DNA of 64,000 bases from Narcine bancroftii (GCF_036971445.1 NC_091473.1:174964001-175028000); one strand, 5' to 3'; counted from the first letter of the stretch, positions 12,551-26,290 are shown. Numbers and translations are program-made. Notes: generated by a model not told the origin, from the sequence alone.

Positions 12551-15500
12551 TGTTTCATCTTGTATTTGTATGTGTGAGTTGTTAGACAGCACATGGATGA
12601 AGGAAATGGTTCTTTATTTTAAAGTTGATGTAAACAGCACCATGAGGCCGGCCATGAGGCTGCAAACCTCCATTACAGATATTGCATACACTGTGTGTTA
12701 GCACCCTGGTGGCAGCCAAGTCTAATCAATCAGTAAGTCACTGCTAGTTGCCTTGCAACCAAGATCACTATCATTACATCTCCCTTCCTTAAAACAAAAG
12801 TAGCTTATTTTAACTAACATGTTTTCTTTGTATAACTCTGCAATTTTAACTTTAACACCAAATTGTCAACATTGTTAACATTTTTAAAACTTGTTTTGTG
12901 CGTTCACATTTACATACACTAAAACGTGAAGAGCGAATAAGATAGCACTACTTAAAGGAGTCTTTAAATTTGCTCAACAAGTCAATTAGGAGGATTCATG
13001 TGTCTTGACAATCTCCTGATTGATTATCCTTGAATCTGAGTTGTTTCCTCAGACGATGCCTTCTTAGCTGTGTATTCAGGTTGTTCAACAGTATTCGTCT
13101 TTCCATCTACTGTGGTTGGTCCCATTTGAAGGTCTTGACAATTTCTTCGTAGAACAGCACCTTCATCTGTCTGAATGATGTATGATCTTTGGTTGGACTT
13201 CACTAAGGTCAGTTCCCTTCTGAGTCCATAAGTTTGTTTTGCCTTTTAGTCTTACTTGGTCACCAGTGTGAAGTTCTGGTAGGTTTTTTGTTCCTCTGTC
13301 AAAGAAATACTTTTGCTTTTCTTTCTGTTATTTTTTGAACTTCCTCACTTTCTCTCCCTCTTTCATTTTTAGGAGGTTCTCCTGAATAGGTAGGTTTGAT
13401 CTTAGCGTTCGTCCCATAAGGAGTTGTGTTGGTGACATACCACACTCGACCGACATTGTGCGGTATACTAGCATGCTCTGGAAGAAGTCTGATGATATCT
13501 TGATGGGTCTCGCTGGGTTGTAAAATCTCAGAACTGGTTCCTCTGTGAGCAGTTTCTTTAATCCACTCCCATTCAATGTTTTTTCTGTTAGTCTTCTCAA
13601 TGGAGCCATCTTTTCTGAGAGGTTGCATATTAATTTACCCATATAGTTGACCATTCCCTTCAACCTCTGTACGTTCTTTTTGAATTGTGACATTGGCATG
13701 TTCCCAATAGTGGACACCTTTCTGGGATCTGGTCTGATGCCCTCACTGCCAATAATATCTCCTACAAATGTTAGTTCTGTCACCCCGAGCTGGCATTTCT
13801 CTCTATTCAGCTTCAGCACTTTCCTTCATCTCTCATCATCCTCCATTCTCGTGGTTCCCCATACTATGATGTCATCCATTGAGGTATCAACTCCATCCAG
13901 GTGCTCATAGACCATATGGATAGTTTTGTGATACACTTCAGAAGCTGAGGCAATTCCGAATGGTGACCTTAGGAATCTGTATCTGCCAAATGGACTATTG
14001 AATGTGCACAGTCCTGAACTTGCTTCATCCAATTTCAACTGCCAAAATCCTGATGATGCATCTAACCTGCTGAAAAACTTTGCATTTGCAAACTGTGACA
14101 TGATTTCTTCACGCGTCAAAAGCTTAAAGTGTTCTCTCTCTATTGCTCTGTTTAGATCTCTTGGATCCAAGCAAATTCTAAGATTTCCATTCTTTTTGTC
14201 CAAAACAACAAGTGAACTCATCTATCTTCTGAATTACGTTCAGGCTTTCCATCCTGTCCAACTCTGCTTTTAGTTGCTTTTGAAGTGCAAATGGAACTTA
14301 TCTGCATGGATGTATTATCGGTGGTACACTTTTATCCACTCTGATCGTGTGTTCTCCTGGAATGCAGCCTAGACCCTGAAATAGGTAATTGCCAGGTTCA
14401 GTTTCTCACAGGCTTTTAAACCTAGTATGGCCTGTACATCCTTTGGTACCACGATGAATGCTAGCATGTGCTCTTTGTCCTTGTGTTTCACTTTGACCAT
14501 GCATTCTCCTTGCACTGGTATATCGGTACCTAAATGTCCTGTCACCTTCATTTTTGTTCCATACATCTTTTGTCTGGGTTTAATCTTCTTAAAATCAGAC
14601 TCTGATATTACATTAATTTGTGCTCCAGTATCCAATTTAACTGAAATGTACATATCATTCACTTTTAATCTCAACATCCAGTCTCTGTTTTCTTTTCTGT
14701 TTCAGTCACAACGTCTACATAGAATTCCTCTATCTCTCTTTCATCTACTGCATGAACCTTGCTTTGTTCCACTTGGTTCCTACAGCAACAGGCATAATGG
14801 TTGCTTTTATTGTACATATAGCATGTTTTACCATGTGCTGTACACTTTTTGGTAGGTGTTGTGTACCGCATCGATGACATGGCTTTCGATTGTCCCTTTA
14901 ATTTTTGTTCGCTGGCTACTCCTCTCTTTCCACTTTGGTGTGCTTTTTGTTAAACGGTTTACGTCTGTTCTTGCTCACTGCATCCACATTGCAGCTAGTT
15001 TCACTGAACAGCTCTTATGTCAGCATTTTTACAGTTTCTGTAGCCCTACAGAGTGCTATAGCTTTTTCCAGGTCTAGATTTTGCTCTCTTAGCAGTCCTT
15101 CCCTTAGACTATTATCTAGAATACCACAATGGTCTGTCTTTTATCAGTGAGTTGGTCAGTCCACCAAATTCATATGTTTTGCTTCTGTTTCTCAATTCAG
15201 TCACATACTGATCAATACTTTCTTCCATTTACTGTACACAAGCGAAAAATCTGTGCCTCTCAAACATCATGTTACATTTAGGTATGCAGTATGCCTCAAA
15301 CTGTTCCATTATTTTTCCAATTTAATTTTGTCTCCTTCAGCAGCAAATGTGAAGCTATTATACACCCACCAGGGCTTCATCACCCATGACATGCAAGAAA
15401 ACTGACACTTTCACTTTATCACTTTTCTTGTCAGCTCCGAATGCCACTAAATACAGTCCAAAATGCTGTTTAAATCTGTTCCAATTTTCAGCCACATTAC

Positions 15501-15839
15501 CTGTCAACTGAAGTTTTGCTGATGGATGCAATCCTTCCATTTTTCACTGTGTTAGCTTCTCTTCACTGATTAGTTGCTGACTTTAGATTTTACCTTTTAA
15601 TTTCCTCATCCCACTTCTGACACCAAGTTTCATCTTGTATTTGTATGTGCGAGTTCTTAGACAACACATGCATGAAGGAAAAGGTTCTTTGCTTTAAAGC
15701 TGATGTAAACAGCACCATGAGGCAGGCCATGAGGCTGAAAACCTCCATTACAGATATTGCACACTCTGTCTAGCAGCCAAGTCTAATCAAACAGTAAGGC
15801 ATTGCTAGTTGCATTGCAACCATGATCACTATCATTACT
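12551..15839 (-). mobile_element. Ty3/Gypsy LTR retrotransposon, degenerate and internally deleted
   Basis: LTRs at 12551-12778 and 15626-15839. PBS TGGTGTCAGAAGTGGG (tRNA-Leu type) and PPT AAGGAAGGGAGA. Gag (LTGNVAENWNRFKQ), zinc knuckle, protease (KLDTGA), RT (LDASSGFWQ, SMDDII) and integrase tail, all with stops or frameshifts. Confidence 0.95.
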
Positions 15840-16269
15840 GGGGAGGGTTAATTACGATGGTGGTACGGTTTGTGTTGCATCTAGTACAACACTGTTAAAG
15901 CACTAGTGACTGAGGTTCAAATTTAAATTTAAATTTTGTAAGTTACAGGAATTACTTGAGTAAAATGAATAATTAAAGACTACAATATTGATGTTTTTTC
16001 CAAATTACTTTATATTTTGCACCATCTTTTGTAATTTAAATGTTGTATCTTAATGCAGGTGTATTAGTTAGTCATTGGAAGAGTGAGTCTCAGTCAACCA
16101 GAAAATTAGCATATCTGGCATCCGCGATCCCCATAGGTGCCGGATAATGGGGATTTTAGCGTATAAATATTGTTATCACAAAATGGGATGAATATAACCA
16201 TTGGTTGTTTACATATATATATATATTTCTATGAAATGTCTTCCTTATTCTCAACACAAGCAAGAAATT

Positions 16270-16720
16270 GATGTTCTTATATAATCGTGTGTACGTAGCA
16301 GCAGCACAATGGAAATTGGAGAATTTGATATTGATGCCATCTGTCTCAGGATGACTGAGGCGGAAACTAAAGTGTTATTCCTCCACTTTGCGGGCGGCTA
16401 TGGACAGATTTGGACAGTATGGTTATGGTATGTGGAATTAAAATGGTTGACTACTGGGAGGTTCTTTCTGTTGCAGCAGACAGAGTGAAGGTGGTGAATA
16501 AAACGATTTCCCAGTCTGTGTCCAGTCTCCTCAATGTCAAGCAGGCTGCATCAGGAGCCTCAGATGCAGTAAATGAGCCCACGAGTGATACTGAAGTGAA
16601 ATATTGCCTCACGTGAAAGGACTATTGGTGAAGAAAGAGATTCAAATGTTAGTGTGGTACTTCTTGCGGTTAGAGGGCTAGCTACCATGGGGACCTGAAA
16701 CATCAACTTGTTCCTCTTAC
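16270..16720 (-). mobile_element. Penelope-like fragment (degenerate)
   Basis: Reverse complement resembles 36300-36620 (cattgaggagactggacacagactgggaaatcg). Confidence 0.6.
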
Positions 16721-18199
16721 CACAGATTCAATATTTTGAATATTTTGAATAGTTTTTTAATCCTTTTTAGATTAGAACTTGAAATATGAATTTTGTTGGA
16801 AAGCTTCATTGGGGAGAGTTGAGCACACTCAAAGGTTTATCTGCACTATTTTTGAAAAAAAAAAATTGAACTATTATTATAGGTCTGAAATCAAAGATAT
16901 TTCAAACATGGTAAAGTCATTTTCATCCTTCTCTATGAACCAGATATGATTTGACCACAATATAGTATTTTAATACTATCTTTAATTCCAGATTATTTAA
17001 TCAACTGAATAATCTCTATCACACATCCTTCATTGCAAGTATATTCTTCCTTGTGTATAGACCAGACACTTACAAAATATTCTGGCCACAGTCTCACAAG
17101 GATTCAATATAATTGGAGCAAGATGTCTTTACTCTTGTACTGAAGTTCTCTTGCCATATACAGCAAAATACTATTTGTCTTCTTAACTGCTTGCTATACT
17201 TGCACATTAACTTTCAGAGATTTATAAAGGACATACCAATCACTCTGAACGCCATTGCTTCACAATATTGATTACAAATAAAGTTTCTCTACCACGGTGG
17301 ATAACTTCATATTTTTCCTCATTATATTCTACCTGCCATCACTTAATCCATTGGCATCTTTCTAGAGCTTCCCTGCTTCCTCCTCAAAGCCCACCCTACC
17401 ATCTAGTTTAATATCACCTGGATAAATTAGAGTTGTTCAAATCAGCTGGAGCTCCAGTGGGACCCAACCTGAAATTATTTCTTTCTAAAATTTTAATTAA
17501 TTTTCTTGGAACTGTATAATAGCCCCTTCTGGGATTAGCTTTGATACTTCCATCTTTCCCTCCTATTAATGGAGCTCACTGAATTGCTTTCTGCTTCCAG
17601 CAAACCTCGGTAATATAATCAACAGTCGAAATACAAAACAATGCTAATGGAGATCAGCTTACTTTTGGTTATTTTGAAAGAGTTTAGCAGGGTGAATATG
17701 AGAGGATGTCTCTGTTACCTGGATAACTCGATTCAAGGTTAATGAGTCAAATATTTAGGACTGTGGATAGTAAGAATTTCTCCTCATTTTTCATTTTTCA
17801 TAAGAGAATTTCATTTTGAATTCTCTTATGTCAAAGGGCTATGAATGTTCAGCTCAAAGCTGAGATTGATACTGCATACGTAAACATTTTTAAGCATTGT
17901 ATACCATTGAAGGAAAGCATTCCACTCATATCTCCTTTTCGAGAAAATATTCAGGTAAATATTTGATGACTTAAGGATTATAGCAGAGTTCCTTTACTCT
18001 GTATACCAGCTACTGAATATGTTATCTCCTCACTTTGGAATGGTATTTACTTATTAAAATCCAGAACTCAACATTTTAAAACAGTTAATTATTTTATTTA
18101 TTACTTTTGGATAAATGTACATTCACTATATATATTGTTCATTCGTTCCTTCTTGTGTAAATAAATAGCATGAATTTTCCCTTGTGTATAATCTTTTAA

Positions 18200-18780
18200 A
18201 AAATTCTATTTATTGTACCTCAATCTGGCTTAACCTTGGCAGGTTCAAAGAGCAAATTTAAAAAAAGATAGATCACCATTAAGCAAACCGGTCTACACAG
18301 TTATTCCTCCTAACTATGATTCTGTACTAACAGATTTCTTAACTTTCTCATCAGAACATGAATCAATTATGCCCCATCCCTGAATGTCACATATGAAGAC
18401 ATATATCAAACCTACAATATAAAGACTAGGTCTACCCTCTGATCTAGACAAGGAACACAGAACATTTGGACTTGGTTAACTACATGTGTTGTTATTTAGT
18501 AATTCCATAGCCAATATGTGGATACAAGCTTTGGAGCCAAATGCACTGGCCTCATAAGCATCTTGACAACACCAATTTCCCATCCTACCTACCCTCTGCC
18601 AGTAAATACCTTTTGGCACAGAACATTCTTTCAATTATCCATTTTTGGCACATGTTTTAAATGTTGTTGGATGTAACTAAGTATTCCACTAATTATTAAA
18701 TTAATCCCCAAATATTCAAGCATAGAATGGTACATTCTGCATCATTTTATTTCCCGTTAAACCCTACTGACCTGAATGAT
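18200..18780 (-). mobile_element. Degenerate L1-like RT fragment
   Basis: Minus strand YLGINL motif at about 18700 and other decayed ORF2-like sequence. Confidence 0.45.
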
Positions 18781-19555
18781 GGAATATTGGTAAACATTAA
18801 AATCTAGGCGTCTACCGGTAATCATCCATATTCAGTATCCTGCTCCCTGCATACCCCTTGATCCCATTAGTGGGCAGAAAGATATCCAACTTGGTTTGAA
18901 TATATTTTATTATCTGGCTTCAACTGATTTCTGTGCTAGAGAATTCTACAGGCTACCAGCCAGGAACAAAATATTTCTGCAATTTTTTTGCCAGTTGCGT
19001 GAGGCTGTTGGTTGCTTGAATTCTGGATAACTGGAATTTTACTGTAATAGCAAAATATGGGTGGCAGAATGATAAAGCATCTCAATTAGTTGTAGAGAAC
19101 TATAGTTGAACTTGTGTACATTATCACTGAAGACACCACAGATTAATCAATTGACTACAACATGAATACTCTGAGTTGTCTTCCTCTAGAAATTTTGGTG
19201 ATTTGGCGCTAAAAAGAAATTTATTTATTGACTGCTATGGAATCTTTTATTTTATCTCATTTCAAAATTAGACAAGTAAAGGTTATTTAATTTATTCTTC
19301 ATTCACGGTGTCTGCAGATGCTTGTGTTTTACCTCGGTCTACTGCAAAATGATGTGACATCTATTCGAGGGATTTCCTACCCTGAAGAAGTTCTTCATTA
19401 CTCTCTTCTCTCTCACTGCTTCCCATCTGTAAACCCTGCTGAGTTTATGTTTTGACTTCAGTCACGATGTCTGCAGACTTTCATGTTTTACCCCTTATTC
19501 TTTCACAAATTTTGTGCTATAGTCAAAGTAAGTTTAAGTTATAATATACCTTTGG

Positions 19556-19712
19556 ACACCCAACCCCAACCCGCCAATTTTCCCCTGCAACCGCTGCAAC
19601 CGTGTCTGCCTGTCCCGCATTGGACTTGTCAGCCACAAACGAGCCTGCAGCTGACGTGGACATTTACCCCTCCATAAATCTTCGTCCGTGAAGCCAAGCC
19701 AAAGAAAGAAGA
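19556..19712 (+). mobile_element. RTE-clade LINE 3' end
   Basis: Reads FPCNRCNRVCLSRIGLVSHKRACS* (C2HC zinc finger with the RTE-like SRIGL.SH motif) and ends in an AAG-rich tail. Confidence 0.8.
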
Positions 19713-19779
19713 CACAGCAATGTACAAACATTAACATAGTAACTCAGCATGAAGTAGCTCACTTAAATTTTTCTAATAA

Positions 19780-20000
19780 TATTTAGACATACAGCACAGT
19801 GAAAGGTCATTTTGGTCCATGAGGCTGTGCCACCCAATTTACATCCAAATAACCTGCCCCCCCCCGGTGTGTTTCAAACAGTGGGAGGAAACCGGAGCCG
19901 CTGGAGAAAACCCATGCATATACAGGGAGCTCCTTACAGACAGCGCGGGATTCAAACCCGTCCCGATCGCTGGTGCTGTAAAGGCGTTGCGCTAATTACA
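19780..20000 (-). mobile_element. tRNA-derived SINE
   Basis: Reverse complement has a tRNA-like head with B box (gggtttgaatcc) and the core gggttttctccagcggctccggtttcctcccac. Confidence 0.8.
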
Positions 20001-20881
20001 TGAATACTTCTAGTGTTCTCTCTAAAAAACTGTTATATTGCTATGGCTGAAACATAGGAAGGTGTATATAATTTAAATTTATCAAATCCATTAATTCTGC
20101 TAATAAACGTTTCTTTCAGACATACAACCAAACTTTCCCATCTACTATATATTCGTTATCCAATTACACGCAAAGAAATGTCTATCGATAATTCATTTGC
20201 ATCTGATCATAGATCATTAAAATACTAGTTTTCATCACTGGGTCTCTTGTTTTACTTGATTGTCATTTAAAAAAAATCCCATTCATACTTTTAGTTTGGG
20301 ACAAATGTATCTAAATTTCCAACAAAATTGATTTTTATAGCCTTTACTATTGGTTAATGAGATTTGGCAGAGAAAGGTGAAACAAATAAAAAATATAAAA
20401 AGCAAAAGAAAAATGCTTTTACAGGTATTTACGTAAATAAAGAGCTCTAAGAGTACATTAGTGATATCACTGGAGCTGATATAAAAGTAATGGGGAGGTT
20501 ATGAAAGATAAAAGAGAGAATTACAATGAGAAAAATGAAAATGTTCCCACAATTCTGTTGAATGAGGACATCAAGGGTTTTGACCAAAGACAATGGAAGA
20601 AAAAGTTAAATATGATTAACTCAGGGTGACATAGTGGGAATCATGGCAATGAGGGCATTTCCAGGAAACTGCTACCTTTTTTAGCAATTGCCACTCACAG
20701 ATTTGGTTGTACGCAATTGAATGGGGGGCACAAATAAAATGGTAACCAAGCTTATTGCATTGTCCTGGGTATACATAAGCTTCTTCACTGTTACTAGAGT
20801 TGTACTCATTTAGGCATATTAAATATTTAACTCCTGATGAAGTTGAATAGCTCCTTTTGTGACATGAATTTCCATGATGCT

Positions 20882-21453
20882 TGCTGCAGAGAGGGGCTTG
20901 GGGAGTTCTGGAGGTGAAGTCATTCGCCACAGAGAAGGGTGCTGCAGAGAGGGGCTTGGGGAGTTCTGGAGGTGAGTCGTTCGCCACAGAGAAGGGTGAT
21001 GGAGAGGGGGGCTTGGGGAGTTCTGGAGGTGAGTCGTTCGCCACAGAGAAGGGTGATGCAGAGAGGGGCTTGGGGAGTTCTGGAGGTGAAGTCATTCGCC
21101 ACAGAGAAGGGTGCTGCAGAGAGGGGCTTGGGGAGTTCTGGAGGTGAGTCGTTCGCCACAGAGAAGGGTGCTGCAGAGAGGGGCTTGGGGAGTTCTGGAG
21201 GTGAGTCGTTCGCCACAGAGAAGGGTGATGCAGAGAGGGGCTTGGGGAGTTCTGGAAGTGAGTCGTTCACCACAGAGAAGGGTGATGCAGAGAGGGGCTT
21301 GGGGAGTTCTGGAGGTGAGTCGTTCGCCACAGAGAAGGGTGATGCAGAGAGGGGCTTGGGGAGTTCTGGAGGTGAGTCGTTCGCCACAGAGAAGGGTGAT
21401 GCAGAAAGGGGCTTGGGGAGTTCTGGAGGTGAGTCACTCGCCACAGAAAAGGG
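20882..21453. repeat. G-rich minisatellite, 57-bp unit x10
   Basis: Unit tg(c/a)tgcagagaggggcttggggagttctggaggtgagtcgttcgccacagagaaggg. Units 1 and 4 are 58-bp variants. Confidence 0.97.
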
Positions 21454-21464
21454 AAATATAGTTA

Positions 21465-21690
21465 CCATGGTGGTTTGTGCCACGCTATTACAGCCAGTGA
21501 CATGGGTTTGAATCCACCACTGTGTATAAGTAGTTTGTATATTCTCCCTGTGATTCCTCTGGGTGTTACGGGTTCCTCTCATGTTCCAAAGATGGACAGG
21601 CTTGTAGATTAATTGATCACATAGGTATATTTGGGTGGTGTAGGTTCGTGGGCCTAAAGGACCTTTTACTGTACTGTATCTCTAAAGTAA
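21465..21690 (+). mobile_element. tRNA-derived SINE
   Basis: cgctattacagccagtgacatgggtttgaatcc head plus the same core and tail. Confidence 0.75.
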
Positions 21691-22574
21691 AACATTATTT
21701 AAGGAGGGGATCAAGTTAATTATACACCATGCCATTGAAAGTAAAGGGTTGGTCTACCATTTATCAATCTGCATGTGGATTAAACCCAGGCCTTGCTGCA
21801 TACAGACATAACTTGTTCATATTTTGAGAAACTGAAATAGAGCAGAACACTGAAAAAAAATGAGAATTAGTTCTAATTCTGACCATATAATGACAATAAA
21901 GGTGTAGGCGAGTCAATAAAAAGGGGCCAACCATATATTCTTGGTGGACTGCGGACTATAGAGACTGGAGGAGAAGCTTGTGTTTGATTATGTTCTGGCT
22001 GTGATTGGTTTACTGATGATCTCACTGAATTCAGGGAAGCCAGCAGCATTTCGTTAGTTGTTTCTGTACTGCAGCCTGGCAGTAATCGGATTACAGCGTT
22101 TTAAACACTGAATCACAGCAACAGATTTGGGATGAAATGTTCAAAATGTTTGGAAAGAAAAGTGAGGTGGTAAGATGGAATGTTGGTATCTCAGGGAATG
22201 TCTGAAGTTTGAAAGCAAGAAAGTGCTCAGGAATCAATGAAAAAATTATCAAACTTCAATGTATTTCACATGTATGGCAATCATGTTGTGCTTTTGCAAT
22301 GACCTAACATAAGGTTCAAACGTTTCAAGCAAAATCCTTTTAAATTGCCTCTGATGTGTATTTACATTTGGATGGTTACCAGAATTTGTTGTGTGACACA
22401 GTCTGCTTTATGGTAATGAACCAGGATTATTTTATATTTCTTACTGTCCGCAGAATGAGGAAATTACACTGGCTTTAATATTAAGTTTTAGAAAATGCAT
22501 GGTAATCATTTGTATGAACTATTGCTAGGAGCTAATTAAAGTTACTTTGAGCTTGTAGTGCTCTCCTTCCTTAC

Positions 22575-22677
22575 CTCAATAATATAATCCTTTCCATCCT
22601 TTCCATGGACAGCTTTCACAGCACAGATATCCAATCCACCAAACATTTCAGAGCACACATCAACCCAAAGCTTGTAC
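22575..22677 (-). CDS. SYN2: Synapsin II coding exon (exon 9)
   Basis: Polypyrimidine tract, then aatag|GTACAAG...ATTGAG|gtaagg. 103 bp, phase 2-0. Translates (R)[34 protein letters not shown]. Confidence 0.97.
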
Positions 22678-23958
22678 CTATTGTAGGAGAGAGAAAAAAA
22701 AACATTTTGCTAGCCATTTAAAAAAAAATTATATAGGCCACATTTTGAACTTGATCACTCTTTGAGCAAAGGGACATCCTATGATGCCCTCAAGAAGTAT
22801 TTACTGTCCATCATTTAAAAAAACCTGTAAAATAAATGGTATAAACACAACAGCTAAGTTTGACAGCTCTGTTGTATAAAGACCTAGATTTTAAACCAGG
22901 CTGGAGTTGAGGCAGATTCTAAACTATCCTTGGAATGTGGAGGAGATTTTAACTTCCGGATGGTGGATGTGTCAGAAGACCTCAGGTGGCAGAACCTAAT
23001 GAAAATAAACATTCATGACTCAAAGAATCTGTATTTTTATCAGGAGGAGATCCTGCTTTAGGAAAGGAAAGAGAAGCTCAAGGCCCACAAAAATAAACCC
23101 AAGAATTAATTTCTGGACCATTTTTCCTGATCAGTGCTCTTCTTTGTAATGAATAGATGTGATTTCCCATTTAAGGCCTTTATGAGTCCAATGGACCTCC
23201 AAAGATATTTGGGGAGCCTAATCTATTTACATAATTCATCCTCAATCCTAAGACACTGGTTAACAAGAGGATCTAACTGTCCTTGGCTGTTGTCACTCTG
23301 GTGGCCGTGATGAGCAAGTTAAGATCACAACTTATGGGGGGAGTCAGCAATATCGATATCAGTGTGACCCACTAGCCATTTCAACTGGCTGATAATTTGG
23401 TTTCCACCATGTGGGTGGAGAATTTAAATGGTCTGAAAGGTTTTACAATACAGAAGTAAAACTAATCAAGGACTAGACCAGCCATTCTCAAGGTGGGCCC
23501 TACCCACCCTCCCCTACTCCCAAAGGGGCAACAGCACATTGAAGTAAAAATCTTGTTTTCTTTTCTCCTCAAGTAACATATTTTTTTTTGTTTCTTATGT
23601 AGTCAGTAGAAAAGAAGTAAGAAAGAAACCAAAACTTTACTTCTTCACAGAGAAGGGGGCCCATAAATCTTGAGCAGAGTCCTGGGCAGAGGGCAAAGCC
23701 AATATAAGGTTGAGAATGGCTGGACTAGGCAATAGTAATGTGCTTCAATTTAACTAAAATTATGGATCTTCTGTCACAAAGTTGCTTGCATTTTAAGAAG
23801 ACGTGTATGATTGTTTCATGGGATGGATCATACCCATCATTGGGTGCATCTCTGTTTGCCCTGTGGCCACTTTTGAGGTTGTATGTTTTCCAAGGGTCTA
23901 CCAGCACTGTGGCCTCAGTCAAACAGCTTGAGCTTTTCAATGTTTCTATGTACCTTGG

Positions 23959-24251
23959 TGTGATGCACTGTTCGCCAGAATCAGACACACACAAAGATAA
24001 AGACTGTACAACAGGCTTTAATCCACAAAGACTTCCACTGAGCCAGGTTGGCTGTAGCTGTAGTAACTCTGAGTGAGGCTTCGGGAGACCGGCACAGGCT
24101 TATATCCCGGAGGGTGATTGACACCCAACTGGGTGGGGCTTGATCCATTCAGGCCGACTGATTGACAGCTGGCCAGGTGTTGTCCTGTCCCCTTACATTC
24201 CTGCAGGTACAGAGGTTACCCCCTGCAGTAGGCCGATGGTCTACCACCACA
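23959..24251 (-). mobile_element. Solo LTR
   Basis: TG...CA ends, perfect 5-bp TSD CTTGG, TATA-like and ATTAAA motifs on the minus strand. Confidence 0.85.
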
Positions 24252-24349
24252 CTTGGATCAGTGGAAAACATGAATAATAAAATTAACAATTATTATTTTA
24301 AAGAAAGAAAATAAATTCACTGAAAACACATTTAACACACTAAATATTA

Positions 24350-24600
24350 AATTTAAATTTAGCCATACAGCACAATAACAGGCTCTTCTGGCCTATGAGC
24401 CGGTGCTACCTAATTACACCCAATTCACCTAGACCCCACATGTATATTTTTGGAAGGTGGGAGGAAACTGGAGCAGCCAGAGGAAACCCACGCAGACCCA
24501 GGAAGAACATACAAACTCCTTAGAGACAGTGCAGGATCTGGACCTGGTCGCTGGCACTGTAACAACATTGCGCTAACCACTACGGTTATGTGTTGCCCAA
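24350..24600 (-). mobile_element. tRNA-derived SINE
   Basis: Same family (gggaggaaactggagcagccagaggaaacccacgcagac). Confidence 0.8.
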
Positions 24601-25659
24601 ATACCATTAATTCTTTCAATTCATTAAAATAAATAAACCACCTAATATTTAAATGTAAGGGAATGGCTCTATTCAAATGAATGAACCCTCACTGGATGCA
24701 TCAGTTGTAGCTATCAGAAAGCAGAGGGGTCAGATATGAAGTGTGCAGGATTCAATGGCTCAGCAAGTTACCTGAAGAATCAGAGTGACCCGGCACTGTC
24801 AAGAAATGATATGAAAATAATATTCTGGCAGCATTCTGTTAGTAACGTAACTTAGCATGTACCTTCAGACATGGAGTTAAACGGGAAAGTCTGCAGACAT
24901 TGTGATTGTAGTGCAATACATAAAGTATCGATAAACTCAAGCAGGACACGCAGCATTTGTAGGAAGTAAAGGTTAACCAATGTTTTGGCCCTGAGCCCTT
25001 TGTCAAGGAATGAGCAAAAAGCAGACAGGTATCTGAATAAAAAGGTGGTAGGAGGAGAGAGGAAAGGGTAGGGGAAGGAGCATGGGGGAGGGTATAAGAG
25101 AAAAAAGAGAAAAAAGGTGAGAAGTGATAGATTTATTTTCTATTGATGCTGAGTGACCTGCTGAGTTTGTCTAGCACTTCTACTTATTTTACCTTCATAC
25201 ATGCATATTTTACTATATTATATCAAAGGAATTAAGTTTCAAAGTAAACTACTTTCATTCACTTTATCTAGCCACAGGGTAGTCTGGAACTCAAAATGAA
25301 GGGTCAGGAAAGAAAATATTATTGAGAAATGAAATTGGAAATATTCATCCTTGGTATTTGCAGCTTTTAGGTAATTGGTGGAGGCTGTTGATTAATAAGT
25401 TGATTCTCATTACTGGCAAACCAGAAAAATAATTCAAAATTAAGTTTATATATGTGGTCCTGCAGCAACAGTGCCCTCTAGGACCTAAATGATGAAGGAA
25501 TAATGTACTGGCTTGCAGAGATAAGTCTGAATTTTCTGTTGAAAAGATATCAACCTGAAATGTTTGTCCACATTAAAACGACCCTTTCCAAAGCCTTGAG
25601 ATTGCCACATATATTATCCCATGATTGTGCTGTGTTTGGAATTGTGAGGCTAGAGCCAC

Positions 25660-26290
25660 TTGTGTGTCACCAAAACCTCCACTTTCTAATAAGTCTGAGG
25701 AGATTTGACTGGTCATTGAATGCACCATCAAACTTCTACTCTGGAAAGTATACTGACTGGTTGCATCATGGCCTGGTTTGGCAATTCAAGTGCGATACAG
25801 GTTGCAGAAAGTACTCAATATAGCTAGGACCATAACAGGGCCCAATATCCCATCCTTTGAGGCACTGGCTCAAGAAGCCAGTCAACATTATAAAGGACCC
25901 CCATCACCATGGTCACAATCTCCTCGCACTTGTACCTTCAGGAAGAAAGTACAGAAGTTCAAGCCCAGCATTTCTTGGTTCAAGAACAGTTCTTTTTTCC
26001 CCCAATAGTTATTAGGCTCTTGAACTGTCCCATTCTACTCGAATCCTCACCATAAGCTATTCTGGCACCGCAAGAAGACCTGCATTATTGAAACACCCAC
26101 TTGTATTCTTGCACTAACTGTAAATGAATATTTATTTATCCATCCTTTATTTTTGTTATCTCTCCATACATGGGCAATTTAAAGAATACTATGGTGGATT
26201 TATTTTAACAAAAAGTACTGGTTTAGCTGTAGCAGGTAAGCATTTTGGCACGTATGTACATTGCGCTTGTGTAAACTTATTATTATTATT
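25660..26290 (+). mobile_element. Rex1-like LINE 3' fragment
   Basis: Same C-terminal region (LQKVLNIARTITG, FKNSSFFP) and a (TTA)n tail. Confidence 0.75.

Noticed and set aside
20616-21582. Long overlapping ORFs (up to 220 aa) on both strands
   Set aside because: They arise from a 57-bp (19-codon) minisatellite; no recognisable domain.
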